64,000 nt of DNA. It comes from Candidatus Hadarchaeota archaeon (GTDB lineage Archaea > CAYQAE01 > CAYVLA01). Position numbers and translations under genes: made by a program. This document shows, one piece after another, positions 39,218 through 48,378 of the stretch (the first letter of the stretch is position 1; each line of letters begins with the position of its first letter). The stretch spans positions 1 to 64,000 of the forward strand of contig CAYVLA010000003.1 of NCBI GenBank assembly GCA_964452145.1, read 5' to 3'. The notes below the pieces were generated by a model. It had not been told where the DNA came from. It worked only from the letters and a program-made list of their open reading frames with translations, and made no database searches.

Positions 39218-39406
39218 TCAGGATACGCTCAGAGCATATCGTCCTTTCTTCCGTATCTTCAGCTTCTGGGCTATCCTGGATTTGGTGGGATCGACGATCA
39301 CCAGCAGGCCGCTCCACCGCGGTGAGAAGGAGTTGCCCCGGCAATTCGGGCATATCGTGCCCTTGGGAACGATGTAGAAGCAGTTCCGGCATGCCCTACC
39401 CCGCAT
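39218..39406 (-). CDS. spt4: Transcription elongation factor Spt4 (RpoE'')
   Basis: ACRNC, CPNC, WSGLLVIVDP, GRYAL. Confidence 0.95.
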   Translation of the reverse strand: MRGRACRNCFYIVPKGTICPNCRGNSFSPRWSGLLVIVDPTKSRIAQKLKIRKKGRYALSVS

Positions 39407-39960
39407 CACTCCACCTCCTTCTTGTCCTCCTCAATCCACTCCAGCTTGCCCAGACCCGGCTGCCTCATCGTCAGGGCTATCTTCCCGCTGATGGTTGGGC
39501 CTCCCTTGATGCTTACAGCGACTATCCTGGCCCGAACCTGATCACCCTCCCGCAGGACCCTGTTGCTTTCTTTCCCGATGAATCTGGCGTTCTTCTTGTC
39601 GTGGATTATGAAGTCATCCGTGATCTGCGATACGTGCACCAGCCCGTCGAGAGGACCGAGCCTGACGAACGCGCCGAAGTCGACTATCTCCACGACCTGA
39701 CCCATGGTTATCTCCTGCATTTCGGGCTTATAGGTGAGAACCTGGAACTCGGTGTCGTGGTAGGTTGCTCCATCGCCCGGAGTTATCAGGCCACTGCCAA
39801 CCTTCAACACCTGCGTCACGCAGATGATGAGGCCCAGATCCTTGTCGAGTATGCCCTCGTAGTCCTCCCTTAGGAGCTTCTCGACCACGACGACCCTGTC
39901 CTCCCCGAAACGGTTCGGCGGGATCCTCACGGTGTCTCGCAGGGTAACCAGCTTGTACAT
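39406..39960 (-). CDS. rpoE1: RNA polymerase subunit Rpo7 (E')
   Basis: VRIPP, GDGATY, FGAFV, GLVHVSQI, LTMRQPGLGK. Confidence 0.96.
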   Translation of the reverse strand: MYKLVTLRDTVRIPPNRFGEDRVVVVEKLLREDYEGILDKDLGLIICVTQVLKVGSGLITPGDGATYHDTEFQVLTYKPEMQEITMGQVVEIVDFGAFVRLGPLDGLVHVSQITDDFIIHDKKNARFIGKESNRVLREGDQVRARIVAVSIKGGPTISGKIALTMRQPGLGKLEWIEEDKKEVE

Positions 39961-40001
39961 TCCTTCACATCCCATTCGGCAAAAGTAAGAGCAGGAATAC
40001 T

Positions 40002-40381
40002 CTACAAGAAGTCGAGGTGGGAATAGTCCCGAACCCCGATGATTCGGATTCCGCGGGCCTTTAATATGTTTTTAAGCCGGGTGTCTCCGGTACACACATA
40101 GGTGCTCTCGACACGTCCCTCCGCCAACTTCACTATCGCCTCATCTCCCGACTTCGCCTCCACAGGAACCACCTCGATCTTCTCAGCAAGCATCAACGCG
40201 AGTCTGGCTGAAGAGCCCGCTCTGCCTCTGCCCTTTGCCAGTTCCTCCAGCTCTAGGCGAACCTTCTCGGGCATCACGATCCTGTGCGATCCCGGAACGA
40301 GCCTGGCGAGGTCATCAAATAGGCTAAGGGACGAGCCGTAGGCACTCATAAAAAATTGGCGTCCACAACGATGGTCGTCAC
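40002..40381 (-). CDS. PIN-domain protein (Fcf1/Utp24-like), frameshifted near the N-terminus
   Basis: GTG-TTIVVDANFL-stop in one frame continues as MSAY...VRLELEEL...GDEAI...CTGD in the -1 frame; conserved position after eIF2gamma. Confidence 0.8.
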
Positions 40382-40382
40382 A

Positions 40383-41627
40383 TCAGAGGACCGTGCCATG
40401 GGCAATCAATCTCCACCTGTACCCTATCCGTCTGCTGATGGCCGCCCGTGAGCCCGCCGAGGTGCAGACGGGCAGATGCAGTTTGATCTTAACTCTCTTC
40501 CCCGACATCTCGCTCACAACTCCTGCAGTCCTTGCCGTCCCAACGTTGAGCATCAACAGCTCGTTGGTCTTGATGGGGGTCACCTCGAGCTCCTCCTCGG
40601 TGCCCACGACTCTGTCCATCAGTTGCACATCTAGGCTGAGGTCATCCCATACATCGAACAACATCCCAGGATGCCCTGCGACGTGACCGACCAGTGCATC
40701 CGACTTGGTGAGCGAAGGATCCAGCATGGTTCCCACGCCGATGAGTCCCCCGGGCCCTGCATCCTCAACCCGGACGGTTCCTCGCATGATGGTTGAGACG
40801 AAGGTCACGATCGGTATCCATACCGCCTTTCCTCCCGTCTCTCGCCGGAGTCCGGGGCGGATCTCGATCTTGTCTCCTTTCCTGAGGGTCCCTTGGGAAA
40901 GCGTTCCCCCGATGACGCCGCCGACCATTGTCTCCGGGACGATGCCGGGCTTGTTGACGTCAAAGGATCGAGCCACCATCAGTATCGGGGGCTTGTCCGC
41001 AGCCTTGAATGGTGGCTTGAACTCCTCGTCCATGGACTTGACCAACACGTCGATGTTCGCCTTCTGCTGGGCGGACACGGGGATGATCAGGGGATTCCTG
41101 ATGCTTGACCGTGAGAGGAAATCCACTATCTCCCGGTGATTGCGCCGTGCCTGTTCCACATCCACCAAGTCGATCTTGTTCTGGACGACTATGAGATCCT
41201 TCACACCCAGGATCTCAAGGCCCCTGAGGTGCTCCTTGGTCTGGGGCTGCGGGCAGCGTTCATTTGCGGCGATCACAAGCATGGCGCCATCCATGATCGC
41301 TGCTCCCGACAGCATCGTGGCCATCAGCGTCTCGTGCCCCGGGGAATCCACAAAGGATACCTTCTTGACCGGGGCCGCCTCTCCGCCGCATGCCCTGCAA
41401 GTGGGCTCCGTCGTGTAGCACTCGGGCTCGCCGCACTTGGGACATTTGCGTATCACCGTGTCAGCGTAGCCCAGTCTGATTGTGATGCCCTTCTTGAGTT
41501 CCTCCGAGTGGGTATCCGTCCACACGCCTGACAGCGCCGCGGTCAGCGTGGTCTTTCCGTGATCGACATGGCCGACCATGCCAACGTTGACATGGGGGAG
41601 AGGCTTCTCCTGCGGATTCTCTGAGAT
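40383..41627 (-). CDS. eif2g: Translation initiation factor 2 gamma subunit
   Basis: PHVNVGMVGHVDHGKTT, GITIRLGYAD, DSPGHE, NKID, WRLI; start codon non-canonical or uncertain. Confidence 0.96.
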   Translation of the reverse strand: MSENPQEKPLPHVNVGMVGHVDHGKTTLTAALSGVWTDTHSEELKKGITIRLGYADTVIRKCPKCGEPECYTTEPTCRACGGEAAPVKKVSFVDSPGHETLMATMLSGAAIMDGAMLVIAANERCPQPQTKEHLRGLEILGVKDLIVVQNKIDLVDVEQARRNHREIVDFLSRSSIRNPLIIPVSAQQKANIDVLVKSMDEEFKPPFKAADKPPILMVARSFDVNKPGIVPETMVGGVIGGTLSQGTLRKGDKIEIRPGLRRETGGKAVWIPIVTFVSTIMRGTVRVEDAGPGGLIGVGTMLDPSLTKSDALVGHVAGHPGMLFDVWDDLSLDVQLMDRVVGTEEELEVTPIKTNELLMLNVGTARTAGVVSEMSGKRVKIKLHLPVCTSAGSRAAISRRIGYRWRLIAHGTVL

Positions 41628-41638
41628 ATGGAGCCCCC

Positions 41639-42025
41639 CTATGCGCCCTTCTTCTGCAGGATCTCCTCGAGTGGCGTCTTGCCTTGCTCGATGACCAGCA
41701 TGTTCACCTGCTCTATGTCATCGGAGTAGATCTCGCCCTGCACGGTCTTGCGACGTCGCAGGCCATCCTTCCCTCTGGCAAAGCCCCGACCGACTTCCAG
41801 AAGCAAGGATGAACGCCCCATCTTGTGCACGCCCCGCCGCATCGCGAAGCCTTGCTTGTCGGTTCCCCCGGTCAGCCTGAGCTTGTATCCGGGCAGTCCG
41901 ACGAATCCCCCATCAACCTCTTCGCCGATCCTTCGGCCGGCTATCTCACCCAGCTTCCCTTTGTCCAACTCCATCGGGTGGCTTTTCCCCGTCTTGGGAT
42001 CGGATACTGTGATCTTGGGCAACAA
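41639..42025 (-). CDS. rps6e: 30S ribosomal protein S6e
   Basis: VSDPKTG, LTGGTDKQGFAM, RRRKTVQG, QVN. Confidence 0.96.
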   Translation of the reverse strand: MLPKITVSDPKTGKSHPMELDKGKLGEIAGRRIGEEVDGGFVGLPGYKLRLTGGTDKQGFAMRRGVHKMGRSSLLLEVGRGFARGKDGLRRRKTVQGEIYSDDIEQVNMLVIEQGKTPLEEILQKKGA

Positions 42026-42057
42026 ACCCCTCCGAGTGCGATTCAGGGTTCTAGACT

Positions 42058-43836
42058 CTAGACACCCCAGAATAAGTCCTGCTCCCTCTTCATCTTTATA
42101 AATTCTTTAAATGTTTCTATCTCGGAGGAACCCATGGTCGCCACAAGCTTCTCCTGAATCAGTTTGACGTCTTCCTGCGGTATCTCGACGTAGAGCTCGT
42201 CCTCCTCCTTCACGTTCCTCCCGATGACCGCGCCGTCGACCGAGATCGCCACATCCATCCCCTCGGTCGCCCTTTCCAGAGCCTTGGATTCCGACTGGAT
42301 CCCCTTGATCGTGCCTATCTTCACACCCTTGATGCTCACAAGATTCCGTCTTGGCTTCACCTCGCCGGACAGGATCCTTACGCCGAAGATGGCGGGCTTG
42401 GATTGCCGAAACACAAATCCTGGCAGAACCTGCATCCTGCAAGGCATGACGACCTTCTCGCGCAGAAGCTCAAGCTGGCGTTCCTCCCAGTCCTTGCGCC
42501 ACTTCTCATACGCGTCGAACATCTCGAAGATGATCCGGCTTTCGACGAGTTTCACCTTCCTCTCATCGCAGTATTCCCGCGCATCGCGCGCGACCCCCAC
42601 GTTGAAGGAGAGTATGGCTCCGAGAAGAGGGTCCTTCCTTCCCACTATCTCCGCATCGACCGCATCCCTCTTGGATACGTCCCCCACATCCGCTATTCTG
42701 ACCTTGATCCCGCGGTTCTTGAGCTGTCCAACTATCGCCTCCAGGGTACCCAGCGCATCGGCCTTGACTATAACGCCGACATCGTCGGTCCTGGTCCTGA
42801 TGCCCTTGACCTCCTCAGCGATGAGGTTGTCCACCCTCTCCTCCCCCCCTGGGGGAACCACGAACAGAGGAGAACCGCCCAAGGCATCTTCGAGACCCGG
42901 CGCCACCACCTTCACACCCGCCGCTGCCACGACTTCCTCCGTCTGCACGAAGCGCTCCCTGGGATCTCTCATCTCGTCCAGAGGCCTTGGCAAGAGAAGG
43001 GCGCGCACCTTGGTGTGGATGATGCCCCTCTGGCCGGAAAGCGCAATGCCGTCATTCCTCCTTATGATGCCGTCGTAGACGATGGCGTCCACCGTCATTC
43101 CCATAGCCTTGGTTTCCTTGACCTCGAGCACCGTGGCACGGCCTGGCCCTTCGACCTCGATCTTGAGCGATTCTTCTAGATACCTTTGGGTAATCCCGGC
43201 GATGAAGACCAACAACTCCGGTATGCCTTCCCCATCCTTGGCCGATATGGGTATGATGCAGATCTCCCGGGTGAAATCCTGCACCCGGTCGAATCTCTCC
43301 GACCGGTATCCCAGCTCGTGCAGCTTGCCTATCAACCTGTAGACCCGCTCATCCAGTTCCTCAACCTGTCTGCTGCCCTGGACTTCGAGGGACTCAGAGA
43401 TGCTTGAGCCCGGCTGGGGCCTCCAACCCGATATCCTGTCGATCTTGTTCAGGGCCACGAGGAAGGGCGTCTTGAAGATCCTCAGGATCTCCAGCGCCTC
43501 CCTGGTCTGAGCCATGATGCCCTCATTCACATCGATCACTAGGACGGCCAGGTCGGCGATGGAACCTCCTCTCCGCCTCAGGTTCGTGAAGGCTTCGTGG
43601 CCCGGCGTATCAATGAAGAGAAGGCCGGGGATGTCTATTCTGAAGCCTCTCTTTTCAAGTAGCGGTCCGCTCACCTTCCTTATGACATCCAGAGGCACGT
43701 ATGACGCCCCGATTGCCTGCGTTATGGCGCCGGCTTCCCTGGCCGCCACCGTCGTCCCCCGTATCCTGTCCAGTAGGCTGGTCTTTCCGTGGTCTACGTG
43801 ACCTAGAACTGAGATCACGGGCTGCCTAAGGGTCAC
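42058..43836 (-). CDS. infB: Translation initiation factor aIF5B (IF-2)
   Basis: LRQPVISVLGHVDHGKTSLLD, GAITQ, DTPGHEAFTNLR. Confidence 0.97.
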   Translation of the reverse strand: MTLRQPVISVLGHVDHGKTSLLDRIRGTTVAAREAGAITQAIGASYVPLDVIRKVSGPLLEKRGFRIDIPGLLFIDTPGHEAFTNLRRRGGSIADLAVLVIDVNEGIMAQTREALEILRIFKTPFLVALNKIDRISGWRPQPGSSISESLEVQGSRQVEELDERVYRLIGKLHELGYRSERFDRVQDFTREICIIPISAKDGEGIPELLVFIAGITQRYLEESLKIEVEGPGRATVLEVKETKAMGMTVDAIVYDGIIRRNDGIALSGQRGIIHTKVRALLLPRPLDEMRDPRERFVQTEEVVAAAGVKVVAPGLEDALGGSPLFVVPPGGEERVDNLIAEEVKGIRTRTDDVGVIVKADALGTLEAIVGQLKNRGIKVRIADVGDVSKRDAVDAEIVGRKDPLLGAILSFNVGVARDAREYCDERKVKLVESRIIFEMFDAYEKWRKDWEERQLELLREKVVMPCRMQVLPGFVFRQSKPAIFGVRILSGEVKPRRNLVSIKGVKIGTIKGIQSESKALERATEGMDVAISVDGAVIGRNVKEEDELYVEIPQEDVKLIQEKLVATMGSSEIETFKEFIKMKREQDLFWGV

Positions 43837-43871
43837 CTCGGTCCACTCTCCCTTCGACGCGGCGGGAAGCG

Positions 43872-44339
43872 CTAGACCTTGTAGATCGATGAGGATGGAA
43901 GGTCGTAGTCGAAGATCTCCTCGTCCTTGAAGAAGAAGGCCATCTCCCTCTTCGCCTTCTCCGGGGAATCCGAAGCATGGACGAGGTTGAAAATCACGGT
44001 GCGTCGCTCTATGGCAAGATCTCCCCGAATCGTGCCGGCCTCTGCCTCTGCAGGGTCGGTGGCGCCCAGCATCTTCCTCACCACGGCGACCGAGTTCCTC
44101 CCTTCAACGACCATGGCCACGCTCGGTGCAGAGGATACGTAATTCACGAGCAGATCATAGTAGGGTTGTCCCGTATGCTCTCCGTAGTGAATCTCTGCCT
44201 GCTTCCTGTCAAGCCACACAAGCTTCAGAGCGGCTATCTTGAGTCCCTTTCTCTCCACCCTTGCAATGACCTCGCCGATGAGGCCTCGAAGCACCCCGTC
44301 GGGCTTGATCAGGAGCAGGGTCCTCTCCTGGGGGGCCAT
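43872..44339 (-). CDS. ndk: Nucleoside diphosphate kinase
   Basis: IKPDGV, GTIRGD, NLVHASDS. Confidence 0.97.
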   Translation of the reverse strand: MAPQERTLLLIKPDGVLRGLIGEVIARVERKGLKIAALKLVWLDRKQAEIHYGEHTGQPYYDLLVNYVSSAPSVAMVVEGRNSVAVVRKMLGATDPAEAEAGTIRGDLAIERRTVIFNLVHASDSPEKAKREMAFFFKDEEIFDYDLPSSSIYKV

Positions 44340-44340
44340 G

Positions 44341-44712
44341 CTACCCTTCCTCCTTTCCGTCCTCTTTCCGGGTAGTCTCCTCAGCGGCTGCTTCCTCGGC
44401 TCGCCCGGTCGATTCGGTTCCAGCCCCAGCTCCGCCCATCTTCCCCCTGGAGTCCTCCTTCTTGGTGCCGGGAACCTCCCCGTGGGCTTCCGAGCCCGCC
44501 TCCTGGGCTCCGGCGGATCGCGGCGGCGAAGGACCTCTCTCGTAGAACAGGGTCCACTTCATCTTTCGGGCCTTCCGGCCAAGCCGCAGCATATTGCGTT
44601 CGCATCGGCGGCTGCAGAAGTATGATCGCTGATTGTCATTTCTGACGTACATCAGCCCCGTGCCAGGATCTATCTGCTTGCCACAGAAGGAGCATGTTAG
44701 ATTCAGCGGCAA
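44341..44712 (-). CDS. rpl24e: 50S ribosomal protein L24e with C-terminal extension
   Basis: CSFCG.IDPGTG.MYV, FCSRRC, KWT. Confidence 0.95.
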   Translation of the reverse strand: MPLNLTCSFCGKQIDPGTGLMYVRNDNQRSYFCSRRCERNMLRLGRKARKMKWTLFYERGPSPPRSAGAQEAGSEAHGEVPGTKKEDSRGKMGGAGAGTESTGRAEEAAAEETTRKEDGKEEG

Positions 44713-44724
44713 AGACGAAACCCC

Positions 44725-44943
44725 CTAAGGAGTGGATATCTCCCTGGCCTCTCGCTCCGTCTCGCGAAGCATCAGGATGTCCCCGAGGCGGACGGGGCCC
44801 TTCGTGTTACGTCTGATTATCCTGCCCTTGTCCCTTCCACCCAGTATTCGGCATCTCACCTGAAGAACCTCACCGTACACGCCGGTCCGGCCTCGGATCT
44901 CGATGACCTCTGCAGGAGTGGCGTCGGTCTGTGCCTCCTCCAT
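44725..44943 (-). CDS. rps28e: 30S ribosomal protein S28e
   Basis: [28 protein letters not shown]. Confidence 0.96.
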   Translation of the reverse strand: MEEAQTDATPAEVIEIRGRTGVYGEVLQVRCRILGGRDKGRIIRRNTKGPVRLGDILMLRETEREAREISTP

Positions 44944-44981
44944 TCCTCCTCACCCGCCAGATCGAACAAGGCCCCGGAGAA

Positions 44982-45548
44982 CTACTCCTTCTCCGACTCG
45001 CCCTCGGCCTTCTTCTCCTTCCTGGGTCGAGCCTTCCGTTTCGCTGGCTTCTTCTCCTCTGCCTCGTCCTCGGCTTCTTGCTCCTTCTCTTCTTTTGCCT
45101 CACCGGCCTCCTCGGCTACCTCGGCGGGCTCCTCAGGAACCGCCTCTTCCTTCTCCTTCCTCTCCTTCTTCGGAAGCGGCTCGCCCTTGGACAATGCCTC
45201 GAGGCTGTCGATTATCTCCTTCAGCTTCGCGGCCGCCTTCCCGGTCTTAATGACCGCGACTGAGGCCGTTGAGACCTCAAGACCAGCAGAAACACCGAGT
45301 TCATCCTTGCTGGGGACGACGATGAATGGCGTCCTCTTCTCCTTACAGAGCAGGGGCAGATGAGCGATGACCTCCTCTGGCTGAACATCCTTCGCGAGGT
45401 ATACCAGCTTTGCCTGGCCCCGCTCAACGGTCTTGGTGACCTCGTTGGACCCTCTCTTAATCTTCCCGGTATCCCTTGCCAGTTCCAGAGCGTCGTACGC
45501 GTCCTCTGTCAGTTCCTTGGGAACCTCATACTCATCGAACAACGTCAA
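44982..45548 (-). CDS. rpl7ae: 50S ribosomal protein L7Ae with charged C-terminal extension
   Basis: KIKRGSNEVTK, DVQPEE, HLPLLC, ELGVSAG. Confidence 0.96.
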   Translation of the reverse strand: MTLFDEYEVPKELTEDAYDALELARDTGKIKRGSNEVTKTVERGQAKLVYLAKDVQPEEVIAHLPLLCKEKRTPFIVVPSKDELGVSAGLEVSTASVAVIKTGKAAAKLKEIIDSLEALSKGEPLPKKERKEKEEAVPEEPAEVAEEAGEAKEEKEQEAEDEAEEKKPAKRKARPRKEKKAEGESEKE

Positions 45549-45640
45549 GACGACACCTCCGCCAACCCCGATGCTCGTCGACCCTGGGATCGATGCTAGG
45601 GATTGCTAGGGGCTTTGTCAACCACCGGGAAAGTCGACTC

Positions 45641-46765
45641 TTAAATTGTTTCATGGGCCTTCCGTGCCTGACTCCTTCGGGAGAATCTGGCAACGTTGAT
45701 TCCCCGGTCCAACAACCAGCCTCTCAGCCAACCCACTATGACGACGTTCGCCCTCCTGAGCGAATCCAGATCGCGTGACCCCGTCAGAAACATCACCGCC
45801 TTCGTTTGGGCTCGGAAGAGCGAGACACACTTCTCCAACTCCGCCTCCCCCTTCCAAAGAGCCTTCAGCGCCGGCAATGCCGTCCCGGCGCACTTGGCGC
45901 CCAGTGATAGGGCCTTGGCTAGGTCCAACCCGCTCCTAATGCCGCCGCTGGCAATCACGTTCATCCTCGGCAGAGAGGCAACCTCCACCAGACTGGCAGC
46001 GGTGGGCATCCCCCAATCAGCGAGGGAATCGGCTAAAGCCTTGCCAACCTGGTCCTTGGCTCTCTGAGCCTCAACCGCTGCGAAACTTGTGCCCCCCATG
46101 CCCCCCACATCGACCCACTCAACACCGACCTCCTTTAGAGAGATGGCAACCTCTCTAGATATGCCGGCCCCCGTCTCCTTCACCACTATGGGCCATCTCG
46201 ATTGCGATCTGAATTCCTCGATTGCGGAAAGACCTCGGGAGAATGAGGTCTCCCCCTCTGGCTGCGTCGCCTCGTGGAGAGGGTTCAGATGAATCGCCAC
46301 GGCGTCCACCTCGGTCCTCTCCATGGCATCGAAGACGGGGCCGAACTCCAGACCCAGAAGCTGTGGCAAGCCGATGTTGCCCACCAAGAGAACGTCGGGG
46401 GCAAGGTCCCTGACCTGGAAAGTTTCAGCGAGTCGGCCATCCTCGATCATGGCGCGCATGCTTCCCAACCCAAGGCCGATGCCCTCCTTCTGTGCAACCC
46501 TCGCCAGGGAACGGTTGATCTCCTTTGCCCCCTCGTAGCCCCCGGTCATCGCGCTGATCATGAGGGGCAGGGAGAGCCTCCTTCCCAGTATCGAACAGGA
46601 TGTGTCCACATCGCGTCTGTCCAGCTCGGGAAGGGCCTTATGGATGAAGCGGACGCAGTCGAACCCTGTACTCCCCGCTTCCACATCTTCCTCCAACGCG
46701 ATCCTCACGTGGTCGGCCTTCCTTGCACTGATCATTCCAACCGACCCCTTCTCCTTGCCGCCCAA
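45641..46765 (-). CDS. fni: Type 2 isopentenyl-diphosphate isomerase
   Basis: RKADH, AMTGG, HLNPLHE, VKETGAG, GGTSF, SGGIR. Confidence 0.96.
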   Translation of the reverse strand: MGGKEKGSVGMISARKADHVRIALEEDVEAGSTGFDCVRFIHKALPELDRRDVDTSCSILGRRLSLPLMISAMTGGYEGAKEINRSLARVAQKEGIGLGLGSMRAMIEDGRLAETFQVRDLAPDVLLVGNIGLPQLLGLEFGPVFDAMERTEVDAVAIHLNPLHEATQPEGETSFSRGLSAIEEFRSQSRWPIVVKETGAGISREVAISLKEVGVEWVDVGGMGGTSFAAVEAQRAKDQVGKALADSLADWGMPTAASLVEVASLPRMNVIASGGIRSGLDLAKALSLGAKCAGTALPALKALWKGEAELEKCVSLFRAQTKAVMFLTGSRDLDSLRRANVVIVGWLRGWLLDRGINVARFSRRSQARKAHETI

Positions 46766-46807
46766 TATCGAAGCCCTCCGCCCTAGTTCATTGCCGCCGA
46801 GCAGAGG

Positions 46808-47191
46808 CTAGATCCTCTCCACGGTGCCCTCGTCACCATCAACCCTGAGCCTATCGCCGCTTTTAAGTTGGGAGATACCTACCCCGTCCACGCAAGGTAT
46901 CCCTGCAAGTATGGCTCCGGTGGCAACTATGGTCTCCGTCTCCTTGTTCACGATGGCTGCTGGAGCAACACCGTTCTTCTTCAACCCGTAGATGACATAC
47001 GATCCCACGGTGGAGCCCTTCCCACACGGGAAGATCAGGATCTTCCCTGTCACGCGCTGGCCCTCTAAGGGGTGTCCCTTTTCTATGACCACGCCGGTCT
47101 TCGCGTCGATCCCGCCGTAAAAGCCGATGGGATCCGGAGACACCAATGCCTCACCCTCCGCCGTCCCCGGACTAATCGCCCGCCCCTTCAT
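46808..47191 (-). CDS. Phosphomevalonate dehydratase small subunit (AcnX swivel domain, DUF126)
   Basis: GEALVS, FYGGID, KGSTVGSY; in the mevalonate cluster. Confidence 0.9.
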   Translation of the reverse strand: MKGRAISPGTAEGEALVSPDPIGFYGGIDAKTGVVIEKGHPLEGQRVTGKILIFPCGKGSTVGSYVIYGLKKNGVAPAAIVNKETETIVATGAILAGIPCVDGVGISQLKSGDRLRVDGDEGTVERI

Positions 47192-48375
47192 CGTTCAAGC
47201 CTCCTGATCAGTTCGTCCACGTTGTGGAAGACGACGTTTTGCTGGCAGAAACCGGGCAGATATGCAGCGGCCTTGCCCGAGTTGACCGCTGTGGTCTTGA
47301 AACCCATCTTCTCTATGGGAGATACGACCATGCAGGTGTCGGCCACGATCTTGCCTCCCGCAGCCTCGATCTTCCCAGTGAAACCCATCAGATCGGCCGC
47401 CTCCTTCATCACCCTGGATGTGCAGATCCACATGGGCCTCCTGAGCGTCTTCCCGTCGAGCTTGGCGGCAAGCTCTCCTATCTCCCTCAAGGAGGCGTGG
47501 GGGCAGCCGAGGATCGCGATGTCCGGCAGCGTACCCGTGTTCAGCTTCTCGTAGGTAGCCTCAAGTTCTTTCTCGGTCACCTCGATGGTTTCCAGTCCTT
47601 CTGCCTGTACCAGCCTTGATTCGGGGGTCAACCCCTCTGCATGGTAAAGTGCAACCGCCCCCGAGGCCGCCATCGCCGCACCGAGAGCCTTCAGCTGGTC
47701 GACGTTGGGATTCTCCAGGCCGACGAAGTACGGTATGCCGTTCTTCACGATCTTCCCCACATAGTGACCCAAGGCCCCGAAGTCCGAGTTGTATTTCAGC
47801 TTCGCACCTACCTTGACCAGAAAGTTGGGAGCCCGGTTCCCATCTAGATGTAGGCCGTAGTTCGGGGTCACGCCGCATATGGCGGCTGCCAGGGCGGAAG
47901 GGCCTCCTTCCCGGTTGGTCCTTGCACCGATGACGGAGTTGGCGAAGGAGACCGCGGAGGATTCGGACCAGGCAATGTGCTCGGCAAATCGTGGAAGGTT
48001 GCCCGCAAGGTAGGGAGTACAAGTCGCAGTAACGACGATGCCCATCTTCCGGAAGGCTTCCATGATGTTGACCTGCTTGTCGGCAAAATCCTCCGGGAAT
48101 CCAAGGACCCTCCAAGCTTCCATGTCCATTCCGGCCGGGTTCAGGTAGGTCAGGACCCGCACCTTGGCTCCCAGTCTGACGTAGTCCTCGAGGAACTCCA
48201 ACCCCGGGTCACCTATGGATTTGTAGGACACCCCCGCCACCTGAACGGAGCCGACGGGAATCATCCTGTCGGCACCGTAAATCTCGCCGAGCCTGACCAG
48301 AAGCCGGAAAGATCGTTCCACCACCTCCCCCTGTTCCCCGCCAAGCATTGCTTCCTGCTCTTGGGTCAGGTACAA
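47188..48375 (-). CDS. Phosphomevalonate dehydratase large subunit (AcnX, DUF521)
   Basis: GVSYK, TCTPY, WSESSA, GARTNREG, GCPHAS, DTCMVV, NSGKAA. Confidence 0.92.
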   Translation of the reverse strand: MYLTQEQEAMLGGEQGEVVERSFRLLVRLGEIYGADRMIPVGSVQVAGVSYKSIGDPGLEFLEDYVRLGAKVRVLTYLNPAGMDMEAWRVLGFPEDFADKQVNIMEAFRKMGIVVTATCTPYLAGNLPRFAEHIAWSESSAVSFANSVIGARTNREGGPSALAAAICGVTPNYGLHLDGNRAPNFLVKVGAKLKYNSDFGALGHYVGKIVKNGIPYFVGLENPNVDQLKALGAAMAASGAVALYHAEGLTPESRLVQAEGLETIEVTEKELEATYEKLNTGTLPDIAILGCPHASLREIGELAAKLDGKTLRRPMWICTSRVMKEAADLMGFTGKIEAAGGKIVADTCMVVSPIEKMGFKTTAVNSGKAAAYLPGFCQQNVVFHNVDELIRRLER

Positions 48376-48378
48376 GGA

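Noticed and set aside
45549..45640. Possible kink-turn in the L7Ae 5' UTR
   Set aside because: Autoregulatory K-turns are known for this gene, but I could not build a convincing stem, 3-nt bulge and tandem G-A pairs by eye
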